Of a stretch of DNA of 64,000 bases, positions 58,339 through 64,000 are shown piece after piece. The DNA comes from Verrucomicrobiaceae bacterium (GTDB taxonomy: Bacteria > Verrucomicrobiota > Verrucomicrobiia > Verrucomicrobiales > Akkermansiaceae): the NCBI GenBank assembly GCA_051252135.1, contig JBPOGH010000019.1:21176-85175 (forward strand), written 5' to 3'. The position numbers and the translations under genes are program-made. The notes under the pieces are model-generated. The model searched no databases. It saw nothing but the letters and a program-made list of their open reading frames with translations, and was not told the origin of the DNA. Position 1 is the first letter of the stretch; every line of letters begins with the position of its first letter.

Positions 58339-59205
58339 ATGCTCGCCTCCGAACTCATGGAAAAGGTGCGCCGGATTGAAATCCGGACCCGCCGCATTGT
58401 TCAAAATCGCACCGCCGGTGCCTGGCACGCCTCCTTCAAAGGTCGCGGCATCGAGTTTGCCGAAATCCGCGAATACCAGGAAGGCGACGAAATGCGCTCC
58501 ATCGACTGGAACGTCTCCGCCCGCCTCGGCTCCCCCTACATCAAGCTCTTCACCGAAGAACGCGAACAAAACGTCTTCTTCCTCGTCGACCGCTCCGCTT
58601 CTAACAACTTCGGCTCCGGTGCCGTCACCAAATCGGAATACATCGCCGAGGTCGCCGCCGTCCTCGCCTTCTCCGCCACCCTCAACAAAGACCGCGTCGG
58701 ACTCCTCCTCTTCTCCGATCAGGAAGAACTCCAGCTCGATCCCGCCCGCGGCCACCGCCACGTCCTCCGCATCATCCGCGAACTCCTCGCCTTCGAGCCC
58801 CAATCCCCCCGCACCAATCTCGCCGCCGGCATCGAGCACCTCCTCAAGACCACCCTCCGGCGCTCCATCGTCTTCATCGTCTCCGACCTCCTCACCTCCG
58901 GGTTCGATAAACCCCTCCGCGCCCTCGCACGCAAGCACGAGGTCATCGTCCTCCACGTCACCGATCCCATCGAGCGCGAACTCCCCAAGCTCCCGCCCAT
59001 CTCCATGACCGACCTCGAGACCGGCCAGGTCTCACGGCTCCGCCGAAAGGACGCCGCCCTCCTCGCCGGGCGCACCGCCGAATCTCAGGATAAGATCGCC
59101 ACCACCTGCCGCCGCGCCGGAGTCGATTTCGTCCCCCTCGATACCGCCGAGGACTACCTCCCGGCCATCATGAACCTCTTCCAACGACGCATCTCCCGCC
59201 GATGA
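58339..59205 (+). CDS. DUF58 protein
   Basis: GRGIEFAEIREYQEGD...IDWNVSAR, DRVGL. Confidence 0.92.
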   Translation: MLASELMEKVRRIEIRTRRIVQNRTAGAWHASFKGRGIEFAEIREYQEGDEMRSIDWNVSARLGSPYIKLFTEEREQNVFFLVDRSASNNFGSGAVTKSEYIAEVAAVLAFSATLNKDRVGLLLFSDQEELQLDPARGHRHVLRIIRELLAFEPQSPRTNLAAGIEHLLKTTLRRSIVFIVSDLLTSGFDKPLRALARKHEVIVLHVTDPIERELPKLPPISMTDLETGQVSRLRRKDAALLAGRTAESQDKIATTCRRAGVDFVPLDTAEDYLPAIMNLFQRRISRR

Positions 59206-60173
59206 AGCACGCCGTCACGATCCTCCAGATCATCCTCCTGGCCGCTCTCCTCGTCGGCCTCTTCTTCGGCTACGTCTTCTTTCGTACTTGGCAAAAAAAC
59301 GAACGCCCCGAGATCACCACCGCCCAATGGCAATCCGCCGAAACCCAACTCGGTAACACCGCCACCCTCGACATCACCCTCAAGGCACCCTGGCACCGCG
59401 AGCTCAAAACCGCCGTCCCCACCACCCATCCCGACGATCTCCTCCCCGTCGCAAAAGACGCCACCCTCACCAAAGGCCAACTCGATCCCAACGGCTACCG
59501 CACCTGGTCCCTCACCATCCCCCTCGTCGCCACCAAGGCCGCCATCAACGAGGGCCTCTCCCTCACCATCCCCCTCGTCCGCACTTCCCGCATCTCGCCA
59601 AATTCCGTCAACGTCCCCCTTCCCGCCCTCGCCATCTCCACCCCCGGCGAAATCCCCCGCGACCCCCAAAATCCCGGTGACTTCCTCGTCCCCGATCCCC
59701 CCGCCCCCGAGCCCGTCGCAGAACCCGCCGTCACCGAAGCTCCCTTCCCCTGGCTCCTCGTCATCGCCGCCTCCCTCCTCGTCCTCATCGCCGCCTTCTT
59801 CCTCATCCGCCGCGCCGCCCAAATCGCCGCCCGCCCCCCGTGGGAACGCGCCCTCGAAAAACTCGACGCACTCGATCACCGGGAGCAACCCACCATCATC
59901 CTCGGCAAGCTCACCGACATCCTCAAGCAATACACCGCCGAGCGCTTCTCCCTCCCCGCCTCCGCAAAAACCTCCTCCGAGTTCCTTGCCCTCGTCAAAA
60001 CCGTGGACGACATTCCCCCGGCCGACCGCGACGAACTCCCCTGGCTCGCCCGCGTCGCCGATGCCGCCAAGTTCGCCGGGATCGCACCCCCTTCCGATGC
60101 CGGCTCACGTGGCCTGACCATCGTCCGCTCTTTCGTCGAAAACACGACCCCCAAGGAAGAACCCGATGCCTGA
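59202..60173 (+). CDS. Membrane protein of the MoxR/Bat operon
   Basis: Two TM segments; PWERALEKL, KTSSEFL, ADAAKFA; overlaps both neighbours. Confidence 0.75.
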   Translation: MKHAVTILQIILLAALLVGLFFGYVFFRTWQKNERPEITTAQWQSAETQLGNTATLDITLKAPWHRELKTAVPTTHPDDLLPVAKDATLTKGQLDPNGYRTWSLTIPLVATKAAINEGLSLTIPLVRTSRISPNSVNVPLPALAISTPGEIPRDPQNPGDFLVPDPPAPEPVAEPAVTEAPFPWLLVIAASLLVLIAAFFLIRRAAQIAARPPWERALEKLDALDHREQPTIILGKLTDILKQYTAERFSLPASAKTSSEFLALVKTVDDIPPADRDELPWLARVADAAKFAGIAPPSDAGSRGLTIVRSFVENTTPKEEPDA

Positions 60174-61194
60174 TTTCCAACATCCCCTCGTCCTCTGGCT
60201 CCTGCTGCCCCTCGCAGCCGGCCTCATCTGGCGTTGGCTCTCCCCGCCCGCCGGCGTCGCCGTCTCCTCCACCACCCACTTCCGCCCGGACGCCGCCGGA
60301 AAACGGTGGACCTCACGCCACTTCCTCCTCCTTCTCGAAACCCTCGCCGCCGCCGGCTTCATCGTCGCCCTCGCCCGGCCCCAGCAAGGAGTCGAAATCA
60401 TGCCCGTCACCCGCGAGGGCACCGATATCATTCTCAGCCTCGACTATTCCAACAGCATGGACGCCTACGATCCCCCCTCGTCCATGAGCATCCGCGACAT
60501 TCAGGACGCCATCCAAACAGGAGACCTCGTCGACCGCCTCGGCGTCGCTCGCCAACAAATCGCCCGCTTCGTCAAACGCCGCTCCGGCGACCGCATCGGC
60601 CTCGTCATCTTCGGCGTCGATGCCTTCGTCGCCTGCCCGCCCACCCTCGACCACGACTTCCTCGTCGCCCAAGTCGACCAGCTCAACAACTCCCTCCTCG
60701 ACCGTCACGAGCGCGGCACCAACATCGCCGGAGGCATCGCCACCTCCATCAACGCCCTCCAAAATGAGACCGATACCAAACGCACCATCGTCCTCATCAC
60801 CGATGGCGATCACACCGTAAAAGACGAAGTCTTCTCCCCCGTCGAGGCCGCCCAGGCCGCTCGCGATGAAGGCATCACCATCCACACCGTCGGCATCGGA
60901 TCGGATGACCCCTACCGCACCGGTTGGCTCAAGTCCGCCGGTGCCAGCATCCGCTTCGATACCCGGAATCTCGAACGCATCGCCTCCATTGCCAACGGCC
61001 GCTTCTTCCGCGCCAAGGACACTCAAGGCTTCGAGGATGTCATGGACACCATCGACGCCCTCGAGACCACCTCCCGCGTCCACCCCGCCCTCGTCTTCCA
61101 GCGCGACCTCTACCCCTACTTCCTCATCCCCGCCGCCATCCTCCTCTTCCTCTCCTTCATCCTGCGGAAAACCTTACTCCTGGAACTTTCGTGA
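60166..61194 (+). CDS. batA: BatA-like von Willebrand A membrane protein
   Basis: FQHPLVLWLL, ALARPQ, MIDAS DYSNSM, DRIGLVIF, PPTLDH, LITDG. Confidence 0.85.
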   Translation: MPDFQHPLVLWLLLPLAAGLIWRWLSPPAGVAVSSTTHFRPDAAGKRWTSRHFLLLLETLAAAGFIVALARPQQGVEIMPVTREGTDIILSLDYSNSMDAYDPPSSMSIRDIQDAIQTGDLVDRLGVARQQIARFVKRRSGDRIGLVIFGVDAFVACPPTLDHDFLVAQVDQLNNSLLDRHERGTNIAGGIATSINALQNETDTKRTIVLITDGDHTVKDEVFSPVEAAQAARDEGITIHTVGIGSDDPYRTGWLKSAGASIRFDTRNLERIASIANGRFFRAKDTQGFEDVMDTIDALETTSRVHPALVFQRDLYPYFLIPAAILLFLSFILRKTLLLELS

Positions 61195-63710
61195 TGCCGC
61201 TCCTCTCTCCCCACCACCTCCTCTGGCTCGCCCCCCTTCTCATCCTCGCCGGGGCCTCCCTCTGGTACGCCCGCCGCGCCCGCCGCCAGGCCCTCCACGT
61301 CCTCTCCCGCGGCACCGGCGAGTGCAAACTCCTCACCAACGCCGCCCCACGCCGCCGCAAGCTCCTCACCGTCGCCCTCTTCACCTCCCTCATCTTCACC
61401 GCCATCGCCGTCCTCCGCCCCAGCACCGAGACCGTCCTCACCGAGCACCGCAAGCCCGCCAAAAACCTCATCATCCTCATCGACGTCTCCAAGTCCATGG
61501 GCGCAAACGACTCCGGTGGCCTCACCCGCCTCGAGGCCGCCAAGCTCCTCGCCCGCGAACTCGTCAACCGCCGCCCCACCGACCGCATCGGCCTCCTCTC
61601 CTTCGCCGGCGCCGCCTTCCCCGAGTGCCCCACCACCCTCGATCGCACCATGCTCCTCAGCCGCATCGACAAACTCTCACCCGGCAGCGTCCCCGTCCCC
61701 GGCACGGATCTCGGCACCGCCTTCAAGGAAGCACGCCACCTCCTCACCGAAGAACCTCCTCCCGGATCCGCCGTCCTCATCCTCTCCGATGGCGATAACC
61801 TCACCGGCTCCCATGGCGATGTCATCAAATCCTACGCCGAGTCCAACATCCCCATCTTCGCCGTCGCCTTCGGCAATCCCGCCACCCCCGCTCCCGTCCC
61901 CAACTCACCCTACGACACCCAGGCAAATCACGACATCCTCGGCACCATCGCCGCCACCACTTCCGGCATCTTCCTCCACGGAAAACCTGCCGAAGTCGAC
62001 GAGCAAATCGACGCCCTCTCCTCCCGCATCGATGCCATCGAGCTCTCCGGTGATGACATCGCCCCCGAACTCTTCGACCGCCCGCTCGACCTCTACGCCT
62101 ACCCCCTCACCGCCGCCCTCATCCTCCTCATGCTGCACCTCTTCCTCCCCCTGCGCACCAAGACCTGGCACCCCCTCACCGCCGCCCTCGCCTTCTGCCT
62201 CCTCCCCGCCCCCGCCGACGCCCAGGAAGCCTCCAGCCCGGACTACCTCGAAGCCCGCGCCAAAGCACTCGAAGTCAAAAAACCGCTCCTCCTCATCTTC
62301 ACCGGCTCGGATTGGTCCGCCCTCTCCATCGCCTTCGAGGACGAAATCCTCTCCCATCAGGTCTACCAACGCTGGGCCCGCAAGACCGTCGTCCCCCTCC
62401 TCATCGACCTCCCCAACACCGGCATCTCCCCCGACCAACGCAGCCTCAACCGCGCCCTCGCCAAACGCTTCCTCGTCTCCTCCTACCCCGCCGCCATCTT
62501 CCTCGATCCCGAAACCGAGACCGAACTCGGCCGACTCACCCACGATAAGGACGGCCCCGCCGAGTGGATCAAGCGCGCCGATGCCATCCTCGCCGGTGAC
62601 ATCACCGAGTCCGATATCGCCGCCTCCGTCGCCTCCCTCCCCGATGAAGTCCGCGCACAACTCGAAAACCCCGATCTCACCGCCACCGAGCGCAGCGTCG
62701 GATTCTACAACAAAGGCCTCGAGCTCGAAAAAGCCGACCCCGATCTCGCCATCAAGTCCAAGGACCGCTTCAAGCTCCTCGTCGAGCTCTTCACCACCGC
62801 CGCCGAAGAAGCACCAAAAGATCGCCCGGACCTCACCTTCGCCGCCCGTCACAAGCTCGCCATCCTCCACCACCGCCAAGGACGCAGCCTCTTCCCCGAG
62901 GACATGGAAAACCTCCCCCCGGATGAAATGATGCGCCTCGCCACCGAGGCCGGCGGCGACATCATCAAGCTCCTCAAAAAAGCCCAATCCCGCCTCCGCA
63001 AAGCCCTCTCCCTCTACCGCCAGGCCGCCCCCCTCCAACCCGGAGACCCCGGGTTCTCCACCAACCTCGCCATGATCTATCGCGACCTCGATCGCGCCCA
63101 GGCCTACATCGACTACCAGGAGGCCTACCAAAAAGCCGTCGAAAAAACCGCCCTCGCCCTCCTCCAGGAAAAACGCTTCCGCAAAAGCCTCACCCAGGGC
63201 GTCACCACCCGGCAGCCCATCAACGACTCCGCCGTCACCCAATCCGCCGAAGCCATCCGCCTCCTCGTCCAAAAAGGCGAAGCCATCACCGACACCCCCA
63301 CCATCCTCAAAGCAGAAGACCTCGATGAATACCGCCTCGCCCAAGAGGACATCGACCTCGCCCCCGCCCCCCACCTCGAACGCCACCTCTACCCCTCCGT
63401 CGACCACATCCAAAACGCCCTCGACCACCTCATCGACCCCATGGAGATGCAACAACAACCACAGGAAGGCGATGGCGAACCCCGCGACGGAGAACCTCAG
63501 GACCCCGGCGACGAAGAAGAGGACGGAGAAGGCGAGCAAGAAGGCGACCGCCCCGGCCAAGGCGAAGAAACAGATCCCGAAGAACAACGCCAAGGCGACT
63601 CCGAAGCCGACCTCCGTCGCTCCGAAAAAGAAACCGGCGACCTCCGCGACCGCCTCCTCGACGGCCTCCGCCGCGAATACCGCCGCCGCCCCGCCACCAA
63701 AGACCACTAA
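61194..63710 (+). CDS. BatB-like VWA protein fused to a thioredoxin-like domain, a helical/TPR-like region and an acidic tail
   Basis: DVSKSM, DRIGLLSFAG, ILSDGD; KPLLLIFTGSDW; Q/E/D-rich C-terminus. ATG overlaps the batA stop. Confidence 0.82.
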   Translation: MPLLSPHHLLWLAPLLILAGASLWYARRARRQALHVLSRGTGECKLLTNAAPRRRKLLTVALFTSLIFTAIAVLRPSTETVLTEHRKPAKNLIILIDVSKSMGANDSGGLTRLEAAKLLARELVNRRPTDRIGLLSFAGAAFPECPTTLDRTMLLSRIDKLSPGSVPVPGTDLGTAFKEARHLLTEEPPPGSAVLILSDGDNLTGSHGDVIKSYAESNIPIFAVAFGNPATPAPVPNSPYDTQANHDILGTIAATTSGIFLHGKPAEVDEQIDALSSRIDAIELSGDDIAPELFDRPLDLYAYPLTAALILLMLHLFLPLRTKTWHPLTAALAFCLLPAPADAQEASSPDYLEARAKALEVKKPLLLIFTGSDWSALSIAFEDEILSHQVYQRWARKTVVPLLIDLPNTGISPDQRSLNRALAKRFLVSSYPAAIFLDPETETELGRLTHDKDGPAEWIKRADAILAGDITESDIAASVASLPDEVRAQLENPDLTATERSVGFYNKGLELEKADPDLAIKSKDRFKLLVELFTTAAEEAPKDRPDLTFAARHKLAILHHRQGRSLFPEDMENLPPDEMMRLATEAGGDIIKLLKKAQSRLRKALSLYRQAAPLQPGDPGFSTNLAMIYRDLDRAQAYIDYQEAYQKAVEKTALALLQEKRFRKSLTQGVTTRQPINDSAVTQSAEAIRLLVQKGEAITDTPTILKAEDLDEYRLAQEDIDLAPAPHLERHLYPSVDHIQNALDHLIDPMEMQQQPQEGDGEPRDGEPQDPGDEEEDGEGEQEGDRPGQGEETDPEEQRQGDSEADLRRSEKETGDLRDRLLDGLRREYRRRPATKDH

Positions 63711-64000
63711 CCCCTCCCCCCAAAACCAACCCCCTCAACCAAGTCATTCCTAATTCTAAACTCCAAATTCTCCCCCCAACCCAAGATTAGCCCAATTCGC
63801 GAAATTCGCGTTCCCTCCCCCCCAACCAAGCCATCCCTTCCATCCTGTCCATCTGCGGTTAAAAAACTCCCCAACCAAGCCCCCCAACCAAGCCCCCCAA
63901 CCAAGCCCCTCAACCTACCCCCTCAACCAAGCCAATCATCCATTCGTCCAATCCTCAAATCATCCATTCCCTCCCCCCCAACCAAGCCAATCATCCATTC
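63711..64000. repeat. C/A-rich intergenic repeat region
   Basis: 3 x CCCCAACCAAGCC (63869-63907), further dispersed CAACCAAG copies, and CAACCAAGCCAATCATCCATTC twice (63924-63945, 63979-64000). Confidence 0.75.

Noticed and set aside
60924..61193. N-terminal extension of the 928-aa ORF
   Set aside because: It overlaps batA in another frame and is low-complexity; the ATG at 61194 coupled to the batA stop is the more plausible start.
23..63753. Numerous long Pro/Ser/Thr-rich or Gly/Glu/Val-rich alternative-frame and antisense ORFs (e.g. 15884-17665, 28799-30484, 61905-63707)
   Set aside because: They overlap well-supported genes and are the expected shadow of extreme C-ending codon bias, which removes stops from other frames; no recognisable motifs.
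1..64000. Genome-wide reassignment of TGA (genetic code 4 or 25)
   Set aside because: TGA ends many genes at their expected C-termini (dnaG, feoB, the NfeD gene, ATGA overlaps) and Trp is encoded by TGG. Only two TGAs interrupt conserved domains.

Overview
A 64-kb, gene-dense, high-GC bacterial chromosome segment. It is most likely from Verrucomicrobiota (Verrucomicrobiales-like); this is an inference from PEP-CTERM proteins ending in RRRR, giant CotH/lamin-tail proteins, a DUF5069-like gene, dapL and a Lys/Ala-extended RpoD. Housekeeping genes (purL, purC, class I fumarase, dnaG-rpoD, miaB, dapL, feoAB) are mixed with secreted/surface proteins, polysaccharide-active enzymes (GH16, PL10, esterases), an ECF sigma/cupin anti-sigma pair and a MoxR-DUF58-BatA/B operon. 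I found no rRNA, tRNA, CRISPR array, transposase or prophage. Main result: two unrelated genes each carry an in-frame TGA at a cysteine-type position. In miaB the conserved TYG-C-QMN motif reads TYG-TGA-QMN (35696-35698). In an exported thioredoxin-like protein the motif reads GHPLG-C-V-TGA-NNG (42203-42205), and this stop splits the gene into two in-frame ORFs in the ORF track. Both TGAs are followed by a hairpin capped by the same CAGGUUG sequence, in different reading frames, and then by GUUUUCGGA. The hairpin resembles a bacterial SECIS. This points to site-specific UGA recoding (selenocysteine, or possibly Cys), including at an Fe-S ligand of a tRNA methylthiotransferase. The sel genes are not in this window, so the inserted residue cannot be determined here. 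Other observations: extreme strand-specific C/G skew, small structured or repeat insertions inside purL, a REP-like hairpin with a compensatory base change, a tandem PEP-CTERM duplication that carried along a relic of the neighbouring gene's 3' end, and several domain-architecture oddities.
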